This document shows, one piece after another, positions 28,618-37,598 of a stretch of 47,738 bases of DNA. Location of the stretch: IMG/VR virus record IMGVR_UViG_3300023283_000032, positions 1 through 47,738 of that record; one strand, written 5' to 3'. Position 1 is the first letter of the stretch. Every line of letters starts with the position of its first letter. The notes beneath the pieces are model-generated. The model ran no database searches. It was not told the DNA's origin and saw only the letters and a list, made by a program, of their open reading frames with translations. Origin of the DNA: a virus (taxonomy: Duplodnaviria > Caudoviricetes). The translations under genes were made by a program, and so were the position numbers.

Positions 28618-29129
28618 TGTCGCTCTACGAGGCCACGCGCGACCTGCACCACGCCGCCGAGGCGCATCCCTTCGCCAAGGCGATGATGGCCGGCGATATC
28701 TCGCGGCAGGCGTGGGCGGACTGGTGTGGGGCCATGGCGCGCATCCATGGGCGCATTGACCCGCACGCGCCGCCACCGCTGCGTCGGCTCAATGAGCTGC
28801 AGGCGGATCTCGTGAACCTACTGCCTGTCACGCCGCGCCACTGCGCCAGCGTCACCGAATACCTGCGCGAGATGACGGAGCCGGAGACGATTGGCGGGGC
28901 CATCTACATCTTCGCCGGCGCCCACCTTCGCGGTGGCGCGGTGCTGCGCAAGCGCCTCGCACCGACCGGACTGCCCTGCCGGCATCTTCACTTCGACAGC
29001 GGCGCTCGCGAGGCCAACGAGGCCCTCACAGAACTGCGAAGCGAAACGGCCTATGCCAACGGCGCTCGCCGCGCGTTTCACGCCACCGTGGCGCTGATGG
29101 ACGAGATCGAGGAGGCTCGACATGCCTGA
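28617..29129 (+). CDS. Heme oxygenase-like protein
   Basis: EATRDLHHAAEAHPF matches the HO proximal-His helix; YIFAGAHLRGGAVLRK matches the distal GG helix. Confidence 0.8.
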   Translation: MSLYEATRDLHHAAEAHPFAKAMMAGDISRQAWADWCGAMARIHGRIDPHAPPPLRRLNELQADLVNLLPVTPRHCASVTEYLREMTEPETIGGAIYIFAGAHLRGGAVLRKRLAPTGLPCRHLHFDSGAREANEALTELRSETAYANGARRAFHATVALMDEIEEARHA

Positions 29130-29343
29130 CTACCTGGTCGTATATCCGGGCGGGGAGTTGCAGCGCGTTTCCGGGGACCCGCCGCTTCAAAGTATGAAGC
29201 TGAATGGCGTGGACCCAACAACGCTCATTCCGCTCGCGGTGGACGCCAAATTAACCCTGACCGATCCTAATGTGGTCACGTTTCAAGGGGAGGTCGTGAC
29301 CTTCCAAGGAAAGCACGTGACGTTCCAAGCGGAGTGGACCTGA
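29122..29343 (+). CDS. Small protein with three VTFQ repeats
   Basis: RBS GAGGAGG; VVTFQGEVVTFQGKHVTFQ. Confidence 0.7.
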   Translation: MPDYLVVYPGGELQRVSGDPPLQSMKLNGVDPTTLIPLAVDAKLTLTDPNVVTFQGEVVTFQGKHVTFQAEWT

Positions 29344-29636
29344 TGGCCGAACTTGATCCTGACGATAGTGCTGCAAACCTCAACGAGGCACTTCTGGACG
29401 CGGTGCGTATAGAGGGGGGGGTTAAGCGATACACCGAGGCCGTTGGCGACGGTGCCGCTACCTCCATCGCGGTGACGCATAGCTTGGGCACGCGAGACGT
29501 GACCGTCCATGCCTACGATGCTTCGACTTACGAGGAGGTAATCCCGGACGTCGAGCGGACCGACGTGAATACGGTGACGCTCACTTTCGGATCGGCGCCG
29601 ACGACCGGGCAGTATCAAGTTGTGGTGGTGGGCTGA
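29343..29636 (+). CDS. Small fibre-associated protein
   Basis: VGDG...VTHSLGTRDV.V...NTVTLTF...YQVVV domain seen in phage fibres. Confidence 0.7.
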   Translation: MAELDPDDSAANLNEALLDAVRIEGGVKRYTEAVGDGAATSIAVTHSLGTRDVTVHAYDASTYEEVIPDVERTDVNTVTLTFGSAPTTGQYQVVVVG

Positions 29637-32185
29637 TGGCTGGGCGTTACGTCGGGGCTGCCGGCCTCGCATCCAGATACGTCGGGGCCAACCCGGCGGG
29701 GCGCTATGTGGGATCGGCCGACCAAGCGGCGTGGGACGCGCTTAGCGGAAGCGCTACAGCCACCGTCGCCGACTTCTCCCAAGACCAGATGCCCTTCGAC
29801 AGCGGCGCGGCTGCGGGCACCAATTCGGCCGACATCCCCCTGAGCGGCACCACCGACGCTTCCGATGGCGCCCAGATCGAGGCGCGTGTGGTGCGGGCGG
29901 ACAACGGCGCCGCGGTCCAGGGCTGGACGGCCGTCGCCACGGCCGCCGGCGGGGCATGGTCCGGCAGCTATGCGGGGGCGCAGCGCAGCGTGCACTGGCT
30001 GAAACCCGAGGTGCGGGTGCAGGGCTCGCCCGAGACCGCCACGACCGCCAACCGCTTCGGCGTGGGCCACATCCTTGCCATCTGGGGGCAGTCCGAATGG
30101 CACCAGTGGATTCAGGACGCCATGGCCGAGCTCGGCAACGCCGAGCCGCTCGTGGACGAGGACATGATGCAGATCGTCTATCGCAAGCAGTTCGCGGAAG
30201 ACGGTGCGGCGCCCTCGGACTTCTTCCACGAGGTGATCACCGACGCCAACCCCATCTCCCGTCACGTTGTCGCCATGGCCAACACGCTGGCCGCGATCCG
30301 GCCGGGCGAGAAGTTCGCGATGGTCTTTCACACCCGGTCGGGCACCTCGTTCGCCGCGCTCGGTGACGACACCAACGACGCGCGGAACTGGGCCGACGAG
30401 AAGGCCATGCACGACTTTATCACCGACAACGGGGCCACGAAGGTGGGGACGGGCTTCATGTCGTGGCACTCCGCCCCGGCTGGCCTCGGCGACAAATACG
30501 ACGACTACCTGTTCGCGCTGCTGTTCGGGACGCGCTTCGACGGCCGCCCGCTTGATCCCGGCCCGGTGGAGCCGGTCACGGGCAAGCCGGTCGATCACGA
30601 CCTCAGCGAGTTCTACGACTGGACGCATACCCGCATGGTCCTGTCCGGCCCGCATCGCTTCGACTTCAAGGGCATGGACAGCCAGTTCAAGCAGGACGAC
30701 GGGACGAACCTGTTCCAGGCCATCAATCTGGGGAAGGTGCGCCGGTCGCTGCGGCGCATGGTGGCCAACCCGGTGGCGGACGGCGCGCTTCTCTGGGGGG
30801 CAGACCTGACCAACTACCGCAACGGCGAGGACGACGGCGCGGGCGGCGTCACGGACATCATCCACCCCTCTCAAGAGGATGAAGACGGCATGCCGCTGCT
30901 GGCGCGCATGACGGCGCATTGCATCGCGCAGGCCATTGGCTGGGAAAGCTGGGAAGTGCCCGTCTTCAACAACTGGACCATCGCGGGCGACGGGTCCTAC
31001 ATTGAGGCATGGTTCACCGACAGCCAGGGCGTGGAGCATTCTATCACCACGACCCGCAAGCTCAACGGTGAGACGCCGCCGGCGACGACGCAGACCCACC
31101 AGACCGACGTGTTCGGCTTCGAGATCAACAACACGCCGCTGCGCAACACCGCCATCGTGGACGGAAACGGCGATCCCGCCACTGCCGGGCGCGTGCGCAT
31201 CTATCCTAACTCGGGCACCTTCGGCAGCGCCGGGGTGTACAGCTACCGCAAGGGCGGCGGCGGGGTTCTCGAGGCCGATGACGACATTCCCTACGGCCTC
31301 TACAAGGACGAGCCCATCGTAGATTACGGCCTTGCGAGGTCCGGCGTGGATACCGGCGAGAGAGTCCTGCCCCTCTACGGCGCGCCGGTTCGCCCCGACC
31401 CGCGCGCCCACGAAATCCCCAACACCCTGGCCACCGAGACGGCGCCGGATGTGCCTGCGGACCTCGCGGCCGCGCCGGACGACCGGGAGATCACGCTGAC
31501 ATGGACGGCGCCGAGCGACGGCGGCGACAACCTCGGGATCGCGCATTACCGCGTGGAGTTCTCCGAGGACGGCGGGGCGACTTGGACGGAGGTGCCGTCG
31601 CCGGATTTCCTCACGGCCACGACGCTGACGCACTACGCCCTGACCAACGGGCAGACCTACACCTACCGGCTGCGAGCGGAAAACCGGTTCGGCGCCAGCG
31701 CCTACACCGCCACCCTGGACGCCGTGCCGGCCGTGCCGCCGCCGCTCGACGACCAGCTCGCCGCGCTGGTGGCCGATCCCGCCGCCTGGGTGCCGCGCGA
31801 CGGGGACGTCTTCACCCATGACGGCGGCGATCCGCCCACGATCACCCTGGAAGAGGGCGGCGCCCGCCCGCGCGCGCACATCGACCTCATGGACGTGCTC
31901 GACCCGGTGGAACACCAGGGCGCCACGGTCACGGTCACGCTGCAGCACACCAACGCCTCCACCCCGGCGATCCGTGCCACCAAGGGCCTGCAGACCAACA
32001 ACGACGTCGGCGGTGCCAACAAGCTCGGCCCCGGCACCGCGGACGGCGGATCGCCGGAGACCGTCGCCCTGTCCTTCGACTGGACCCAGGACGGCACCGG
32101 CAACCCGCACCGCTACGTGTTCATCCAGGGCCTCGACGCCACCACCACCGTCAGCGACGTTGCCGTCTCGGTCGCGCTTCCGTAG
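29636..32185 (+). CDS. Large virion protein: SGNH/sialate O-acetylesterase-like domain plus fibronectin type III domain
   Basis: IWGQSE (block I Ser), DIIHP (DxxH), LTWTAPSDGG...HYRVE...LTNGQTYTYRLRAEN (Fn3). Confidence 0.75.
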   Translation: MAGRYVGAAGLASRYVGANPAGRYVGSADQAAWDALSGSATATVADFSQDQMPFDSGAAAGTNSADIPLSGTTDASDGAQIEARVVRADNGAAVQGWTAVATAAGGAWSGSYAGAQRSVHWLKPEVRVQGSPETATTANRFGVGHILAIWGQSEWHQWIQDAMAELGNAEPLVDEDMMQIVYRKQFAEDGAAPSDFFHEVITDANPISRHVVAMANTLAAIRPGEKFAMVFHTRSGTSFAALGDDTNDARNWADEKAMHDFITDNGATKVGTGFMSWHSAPAGLGDKYDDYLFALLFGTRFDGRPLDPGPVEPVTGKPVDHDLSEFYDWTHTRMVLSGPHRFDFKGMDSQFKQDDGTNLFQAINLGKVRRSLRRMVANPVADGALLWGADLTNYRNGEDDGAGGVTDIIHPSQEDEDGMPLLARMTAHCIAQAIGWESWEVPVFNNWTIAGDGSYIEAWFTDSQGVEHSITTTRKLNGETPPATTQTHQTDVFGFEINNTPLRNTAIVDGNGDPATAGRVRIYPNSGTFGSAGVYSYRKGGGGVLEADDDIPYGLYKDEPIVDYGLARSGVDTGERVLPLYGAPVRPDPRAHEIPNTLATETAPDVPADLAAAPDDREITLTWTAPSDGGDNLGIAHYRVEFSEDGGATWTEVPSPDFLTATTLTHYALTNGQTYTYRLRAENRFGASAYTATLDAVPAVPPPLDDQLAALVADPAAWVPRDGDVFTHDGGDPPTITLEEGGARPRAHIDLMDVLDPVEHQGATVTVTLQHTNASTPAIRATKGLQTNNDVGGANKLGPGTADGGSPETVALSFDWTQDGTGNPHRYVFIQGLDATTTVSDVAVSVALP

Positions 32186-32190
32186 CCGGA

Positions 32191-34152
32191 ATGGACCCGG
32201 CTCTGTCCGGCAAGCCGGGCTATGACGGGCCGCACAAGTTGGCGGTGCTCGGCTCGGGCAAGATCCAGGTGGGGGGCGTCAACTACGACACCGCCGGTGC
32301 CCCAACGGAGACTTTCACCGACCCGCACACGGGGGTGCAGCACACCTATTTCGTGTTCGACTTCGACTGGGACGCCTCCAATGGAAACGACCTCCAGATC
32401 AACGTGAAGGACATGGACGAGAGCCAAGCCATTGGCGATCCAGCCAGCGGCATGGCAGACGATGCAGGCCATCTACGCCAGTTCCAGTTCGTCCACGCGG
32501 ATCATTGGGAGGACTACAAGGCGGGGCAGATTTTCGACCCCAACGCCGTAGCCGAGGCCGCGCGGTTTGCCGTTATCCGGTTGATGAATCAGGGAAACCC
32601 CAACCTCCTCGCCCATAAGCAAGACCAATCCACCAACGAGATCATCTTCGCCGGAGACGGTGGAAGCGAGTTCAGCCCGGATTTCCGGTATCCGCCGGTT
32701 GATGCTTGGTCACTCAACTACCGGCTCGGGTTCGGCGGCCCCTACGACAACGGGGACGGGTTCAACTGGTTCTACGACGTCTCGTCCATTCCGTTTGAGT
32801 TCCAGATCGCGTTCTTCAACGCCGCTCACGACTACTGGGCCAACAACCTCCAGACGGAGGGCTACCCGGAACCCCGGCCGTGGTTCAACATTCCCTCTGA
32901 CGCGACCGACGCTCGTGTTTCGACAATCGCAGGAACTATCGGGAGCGACCTCAACGCGGGGGTGAAATTCTACGTCGAGTTCGGCAACGAGTGCTGGAAC
33001 GCCTCGACCGACAGCTACGCCTACTGCTTCCAGAAGGGCAAGGCGGTTTTGGATCAGGGCACCTACGGCCCGCTCGAAACGGCGGCTGGGTATGCCGCGC
33101 ACCGCGCATCGTTAATCTGGGACATCGTGGCGACGGATAGCGGCCGCTCGGCCGACATGGTGCCCGTGTTCGGAGGTTTCGCGAACGACACGAGCTACAT
33201 CAACGCGGCCTTCGATGATACGATTCAGAGTCAGTTCACTCCGTCGTCAACTGCGGTGGTCACGCAGCTGCAAAACCGCGGCGGGTCGCTCGCAATCGGC
33301 ACCTATGTCGGCCGTCGAATGGGCGACGACGGGCTTGATCTTCATCTCATTCGGGACCGTGTGCTGGGCAATTCCGCCTATACCACGGTTGCGGAACAGG
33401 CCGAGGCGCTTGACCGGATCTTCCGGTTCGGGCTTGACGATGCGAAGCTCTACGATCTGGGCACTGGCGCCAAGACGACGCCGGTTACCGGAATCGTCTA
33501 TCAGCCCGCAATGGCGATTTCGCTCCATCAGATATTTTGGGCTGACAGTCCGGGGTTCGAGAACAACAACGCCTACGAGTTGCCCAATCAGGAGTTCCTG
33601 GACCGGGTGCGCGTCAACGGCGCCGACCTGGAATACCGTGTCTCGACAGGCGATCCGTGGGTGAAGGTCGGGGAGTTTACCACGGACCTCACGGCGGCCG
33701 GCGTTGATGCTCGCCAGCTCTTCGATGACGTGCAGATCACGGGCACGTCTTCGTCGTCCTACGGCGTGTGGTATCCGATGGGATTTGCCACGCTGGCCAA
33801 TGAAAGCTCGCGCCGCCTTCAGCACGTCGCGGTCGCCAATTCCAACAGCATCGGGATTGTCGGCTACGAGGGCGGGCTGTCCTTTAACAACGTGCCGGAC
33901 GTGACCGGGGCCGATGCGCTCTACGACTACTACGTCTACGGCTCGTCACTCGCGGCTGATCTGGAGCAGGAATATCGCGAAATCCTGCAAGCCAACAGCT
34001 TTGGCTTCGCCTGCCACTACAAGGGGCACTCGCGCTTCTATGGCGATAAGTGGGGCGCAGCTCGCTACACCGGCGCGTCCGCGGAAGGCAACGCGATGTG
34101 GCGGTTCCAGGCCATCGTGGACTGGAACAATACCGTCACGGGGTGGGTCTGA
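32191..34152 (+). CDS. Glycoside hydrolase-like (clan A TIM barrel-like) protein
   Basis: PWFNIP, FYVEFGNECWN, GYEGG, KWG motifs. Confidence 0.6.
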   Translation: MDPALSGKPGYDGPHKLAVLGSGKIQVGGVNYDTAGAPTETFTDPHTGVQHTYFVFDFDWDASNGNDLQINVKDMDESQAIGDPASGMADDAGHLRQFQFVHADHWEDYKAGQIFDPNAVAEAARFAVIRLMNQGNPNLLAHKQDQSTNEIIFAGDGGSEFSPDFRYPPVDAWSLNYRLGFGGPYDNGDGFNWFYDVSSIPFEFQIAFFNAAHDYWANNLQTEGYPEPRPWFNIPSDATDARVSTIAGTIGSDLNAGVKFYVEFGNECWNASTDSYAYCFQKGKAVLDQGTYGPLETAAGYAAHRASLIWDIVATDSGRSADMVPVFGGFANDTSYINAAFDDTIQSQFTPSSTAVVTQLQNRGGSLAIGTYVGRRMGDDGLDLHLIRDRVLGNSAYTTVAEQAEALDRIFRFGLDDAKLYDLGTGAKTTPVTGIVYQPAMAISLHQIFWADSPGFENNNAYELPNQEFLDRVRVNGADLEYRVSTGDPWVKVGEFTTDLTAAGVDARQLFDDVQITGTSSSSYGVWYPMGFATLANESSRRLQHVAVANSNSIGIVGYEGGLSFNNVPDVTGADALYDYYVYGSSLAADLEQEYREILQANSFGFACHYKGHSRFYGDKWGAARYTGASAEGNAMWRFQAIVDWNNTVTGWV

Positions 34153-34210
34153 TGGCCGGGCAGAATGCGCGCCGCAGCACGGAGACGGCGGGTGTGGGCA
34201 GGGAGGCAGC

Positions 34211-34525
34211 GTGACGTGGATCGACCGGGTAACCAGCAGTAGCGCCGCAGCCATTGCCGCAGCGCTTTTCACCGGAGCCATGACCGTGTTTGCTGGAATG
34301 TTCATTCGCGGTCGGAGCAATTCGCACAAGCTAGACCTGATCGAACAGGAGCAGAAACACGCGGCCCGGATGCGCGACGAAGATCGCCAAAGGATAACCA
34401 CGCTGGAAAAGCATCTTGATGACGGATTCAAGACAATGCGGGAAGAGCAGCAGGCGGGGTTTCGTGAAATTCGCAGCGAGATACGCGACATTGCTTCGCA
34501 GCTTGGTCACAAGAGGGATAAGTGA
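34211..34525 (+). CDS. Membrane protein with coiled coil (holin/antiholin candidate)
   Basis: RBS GGAGG, GTG start, one TM helix, directly before the endolysin. Confidence 0.6.
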   Translation: MTWIDRVTSSSAAAIAAALFTGAMTVFAGMFIRGRSNSHKLDLIEQEQKHAARMRDEDRQRITTLEKHLDDGFKTMREEQQAGFREIRSEIRDIASQLGHKRDK

Positions 34526-35073
34526 AGCGCATCATCATCCACTGGACGGCAGGGACGCACCTCGCCAGTTCGTCCGATCTCGACCACTACCACGTGCTGG
34601 TCGAAGGTGACGGCAAGATCCGACAGGGTCGGCGGAACCCTGAAGCCAACCGCAGCACCTCGGATGGCGACTACGCGGCGCATACGCGGGCGCTGAACAC
34701 GGGCTCCATCGGCGTGGCCCTCTGCGCCATGCACGGAGCGCGTGAGGGGCCTTTCCGGGCGGGCACCCACGCCATCACGAGCGAGCAGGTCGAGGCTCTC
34801 GCGCGCGTCTGCGCCGACCTGTGCCAGACCTACAACATCCCCGTCACGCGCGAGACTGTGCTCACCCACGCCGAGGTCGAGCCGACGCTGGGCGTCCGGC
34901 AGCGCGCCAAGTGGGACATCACGTGGCTGCCCGGCATGTCCGAGCCCGACGACGCGGTCGTCGTGGGAGACACGCTGCGCAGTATGGTCCGAGCACAAGG
35001 CGCTGCCGAGCCTCGCGGGTGGCTCGCGCGTCTCATCTCGGTACTCACCCGCATGGTCAGGAGATCAACATGA
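34522..35073 (+). CDS. Endolysin, N-acetylmuramoyl-L-alanine amidase (Amidase_2)
   Basis: IIIHWTAG, YH, AHT..LNTGSIG, THAE, KWDI. Confidence 0.9.
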   Translation: MKRIIIHWTAGTHLASSSDLDHYHVLVEGDGKIRQGRRNPEANRSTSDGDYAAHTRALNTGSIGVALCAMHGAREGPFRAGTHAITSEQVEALARVCADLCQTYNIPVTRETVLTHAEVEPTLGVRQRAKWDITWLPGMSEPDDAVVVGDTLRSMVRAQGAAEPRGWLARLISVLTRMVRRST

Positions 35074-35285
35074 CACCGTGGATACGGATCGGGCTCTACG
35101 CCCTTGCAGCGATGATGGCCAACTCGGTCGGCTTCGTGACGTGGGACCCAGAGTCCGCACGCCTTTCGGTTGACGTGGCCGCGCTGTCGGCGCTGCTCGG
35201 GACGCCGGGCCTGATCGCTGGCGCCATCGGTGGCCCCGCACTGGCGTGGTGGCGATGGGCCAAGCGTAAGGGGCTGCCGACATGA
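35070..35285 (+). CDS. Holin candidate
   Basis: Two hydrophobic segments, basic tail WWRWAKRKG. Confidence 0.65.
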   Translation: MTPWIRIGLYALAAMMANSVGFVTWDPESARLSVDVAALSALLGTPGLIAGAIGGPALAWWRWAKRKGLPT

Positions 35286-35542
35286 GCGCGCTCATTGATC
35301 TCGCCACCGGGCCGCTGGGTGCGATGCTGTTGGCCATCCTCGGCGCCCTAGGCGTCTGGGCGCGGGGCGCTCAGCAGCGGCGCAAGGGGCGCTCTGAGGG
35401 GCGCGACGAAATCCGTCAGGAGCAAGTGCAGGATGACATGGAAACGATCCAACGTGTCCGTGACGCGCAGGACGCTAGCCGCAATGGCGATGATGATTGG
35501 CACGGGCGGCTCAATGTGCACCGGGCCAAGCGCGACGACTGA
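35282..35542 (+). CDS. Inner-membrane spanin (Rz-like)
   Basis: N-terminal TM plus charged helix; overlaps next gene. Confidence 0.7.
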   Translation: MSALIDLATGPLGAMLLAILGALGVWARGAQQRRKGRSEGRDEIRQEQVQDDMETIQRVRDAQDASRNGDDDWHGRLNVHRAKRDD

Positions 35543-35678
35543 CGGGCTCTGCACTGCCCTTAAGCGCGATGTGCAACGGCTGTCCGATGCGCTCGCCACT
35601 CACCCCGAGACGCCGCGGCCGGTCGGCGAGGCAGGGACCGACGTGGTGATCGGCTTCCAGGGAGGCTGCGATGTGTAG
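35433..35678 (+). CDS. Outer-membrane spanin (Rz1-like)
   Basis: Overlaps Rz in another frame; hydrophobic leader then Cys; lipobox atypical. Confidence 0.55.
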   Translation: MTWKRSNVSVTRRTLAAMAMMIGTGGSMCTGPSATTDGLCTALKRDVQRLSDALATHPETPRPVGEAGTDVVIGFQGGCDV

Positions 35679-35742
35679 CGTGCTGCTTGGCATCTTGGCT
35701 CTGGCCGCAGTCTGGGTCGTGTGGCGGAGCTATTCGATCTGA
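35671..35742 (+). CDS. 23-aa membrane micropeptide
   Basis: RBS GGAGG; MCSVLLGILALAAVWVVWRSYSI. Confidence 0.45.
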   Translation: MCSVLLGILALAAVWVVWRSYSI

Positions 35743-35849
35743 TGGCTGTCTTCGCAGACCCCGGCCTCGGGCAGGCGTTCGCGGATCACGCCATGGTCGC
35801 AGCCGTCGTGGTGGCGGTCGTTATGGCCGTCGTGGTCGCCCTGCGATGA
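35742..35849 (+). CDS. 35-aa membrane micropeptide
   Basis: TGATG coupling; AMVAAVVVAVVMAVVVALR. Confidence 0.45.
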   Translation: MAVFADPGLGQAFADHAMVAAVVVAVVMAVVVALR

Positions 35850-35853
35850 CCGC

Positions 35854-36075
35854 ATGCGCCGCATAGGACGCCTGCCCGTCACGGCGCTCATGTGGGCGCT
35901 GACGGCGGTGTCCGTTGGCTTGTGCTTGCTGCTATTCCGCGAGCTGCGGCCGCTCTGTGCCCTGGCTCACGAGCGACGACATGCGCCGGTGTGGCGGGTG
36001 TGGGTGGCTGTCTGGGATAGGGTGCTGCGGCGAGCGGAAAGCGACCATTGTAGGCGCTGTCACGGGAGGTGGTGA
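35854..36075 (+). CDS. Small membrane protein
   Basis: TM segment; DHCRRC tail. Confidence 0.55.
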   Translation: MRRIGRLPVTALMWALTAVSVGLCLLLFRELRPLCALAHERRHAPVWRVWVAVWDRVLRRAESDHCRRCHGRW

Positions 36076-36157
36076 GGGCCGCCCGCCACTCCCCGCGGCG
36101 CTTATCCCCCATTATCTGCGCCGGAGTCTGTCCGACGACTTACGAGCGGTATGGCCA

Positions 36158-36799
36158 TCATCCTCTCTTCCCGATAATCTGATCTTCCCCTATAGAGAAG
36201 CCCTCCTTCCCGTCGTGAACCCACATATCGCCGGTGCCGGCTTGCCACCCGAGAACAGTTACGATGCGCTCGGCGCCGTCATGGTCGCGGATGCGAATGG
36301 AGTCACCCGCCGTCAGGTCTTTCGGGAAATGCAACCCCAAGCGTCGCATGACGCTGCCACAGCAGGACGGTCGATGAGTGCTCGTCTCGGTCGCCCCACA
36401 CACCCGGCAGCCGTATACCACTAGATTCATCTGCGTCTCCCGCCTCGCTAGATCGGCCGTTCGAGTAGTCCGCGCGACCGCGTTCCTGATTGCGTCGTAT
36501 GTCTCCAGCGTCGGCGGTCCCTTCGGCATGCCTTCAAGAACCCGAAGACACGCCGCCAGCAAATCCGGTGCGGCGGCGATGAGCATTTCGTCGTCCCGAG
36601 AGCCGAACGCGAAGCCTAGATCCATGTCCCACTGCAAAACGGCATCACCATGGCCGTCGATTAGCTGGTGGTCGGGCCATTCATGCTGCTCCCGCTCCCA
36701 CGTCCATGGCGCGGGGCTGTGATTTCGTGGTCGGCGGCTACAATCTACCTCATGCCCAGCACGAAGGTCACGTTCACACTCGGTGCACTCAATTCTCAT
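36158..36799 (-). CDS. Hypothetical protein, probably a fusion (internal RBS and ATG at 36430)
   Basis: CxxC, HSPAPW...LIAAAPDLL domain, then a second CxxC/CC module after GGGAG-N7-ATG. Confidence 0.6.
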   Translation of the reverse strand: MRIECTECERDLRAGHEVDCSRRPRNHSPAPWTWEREQHEWPDHQLIDGHGDAVLQWDMDLGFAFGSRDDEMLIAAAPDLLAACLRVLEGMPKGPPTLETYDAIRNAVARTTRTADLARRETQMNLVVYGCRVCGATETSTHRPSCCGSVMRRLGLHFPKDLTAGDSIRIRDHDGAERIVTVLGWQAGTGDMWVHDGKEGFSIGEDQIIGKRG

Positions 36800-37203
36800 C
36801 CTTCACCCTCCTGCGTAAACGGCTTTAGGGCGGCGGCAAGATCGCGAAAGGCGTCAATATGAAGAATATTGAGGCGCGCGCCCGTAGAGTCGTCGGCTAG
36901 AGAAACAAGCTCTGGCGGATCAGGATAGCGGCTAAGAGCTGAATCAAACGCCCTCGCCGCCTCCGCCAGCTCCCGCACCTCCGGGCAGCCCATCGCCTCG
37001 GAGACGGTCGGAGGAACGCGGCGGTTCCATGCTTGCACGCCTATGGCGCTAGCGCCGCAACGCTGCTCCATCACGCCCGGAATCCCGACCAACACTGTCG
37101 GGCACGACAAAAACTCCTCTCCAGGGGGAAAGGGCGCTTTAGAAGGTCCAAAGTCAATCTCAGGCATTGCGCCACAGAAAGGGCATGGCTTGACCTCCAG
37201 CAT
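36796..37203 (-). CDS. Lar-like zinc-ribbon protein
   Basis: KPCPFCG...AWNRR. Confidence 0.65.
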   Translation of the reverse strand: MLEVKPCPFCGAMPEIDFGPSKAPFPPGEEFLSCPTVLVGIPGVMEQRCGASAIGVQAWNRRVPPTVSEAMGCPEVRELAEAARAFDSALSRYPDPPELVSLADDSTGARLNILHIDAFRDLAAALKPFTQEGEG

Positions 37204-37208
37204 CTCGC

Positions 37209-37598
37209 TTATTCCCCGTCCCCCTGTTCGATCATGGCGCGGATGTAGGCGGCCGGTCCGCCATTGCCGAACTGACGCTGTTCGTCCGTAGCCCACTGGT
37301 CGGCCGCCGTCGCCGCATCTTCCAGCGCCTTCCGCCGCGCGGCCTTCACCTCATCCTCCAGCTGCTTGATGCGACGCCGCGCGGCCTTCACCTCATCCTC
37401 CAGCTGCTTGATGCGACGCCGCGCCACCCAAAGTTCGGTGACCGTGAAGGCAACACTTGATGCATCGTGCCTGTCAGATCGCCAAAGTGCATCCGCTATC
37501 TTTGCGGCGTGCCGCGATGCGGGACACGTGACGTGCGGGGCAGTGCGAGCCCGGTTCATGCGGGCGAAGGCGTCGGGTGCTTCAGGCTGGTCAGCCAT
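37209..37598 (-). CDS. Hypothetical coiled-coil protein
   Basis: RBS GGGGAG; RKALEDAA motif. Confidence 0.7.
   Translation of the reverse strand: MADQPEAPDAFARMNRARTAPHVTCPASRHAAKIADALWRSDRHDASSVAFTVTELWVARRRIKQLEDEVKAARRRIKQLEDEVKAARRKALEDAATAADQWATDEQRQFGNGGPAAYIRAMIEQGDGE
37333..37424. repeat. Perfect 42-bp tandem duplication (about 2.2 copies)
   Basis: 37333-37374 equals 37375-37416; encodes ARRRIKQLEDEVKA twice. Confidence 0.95.

Noticed and set aside
29615-32110. Long antisense ORFs (also 9790..11403, 14660..15778, 37653..39149)
   Set aside because: Shadows of high-GC genes on the opposite strand, with no recognisable motifs
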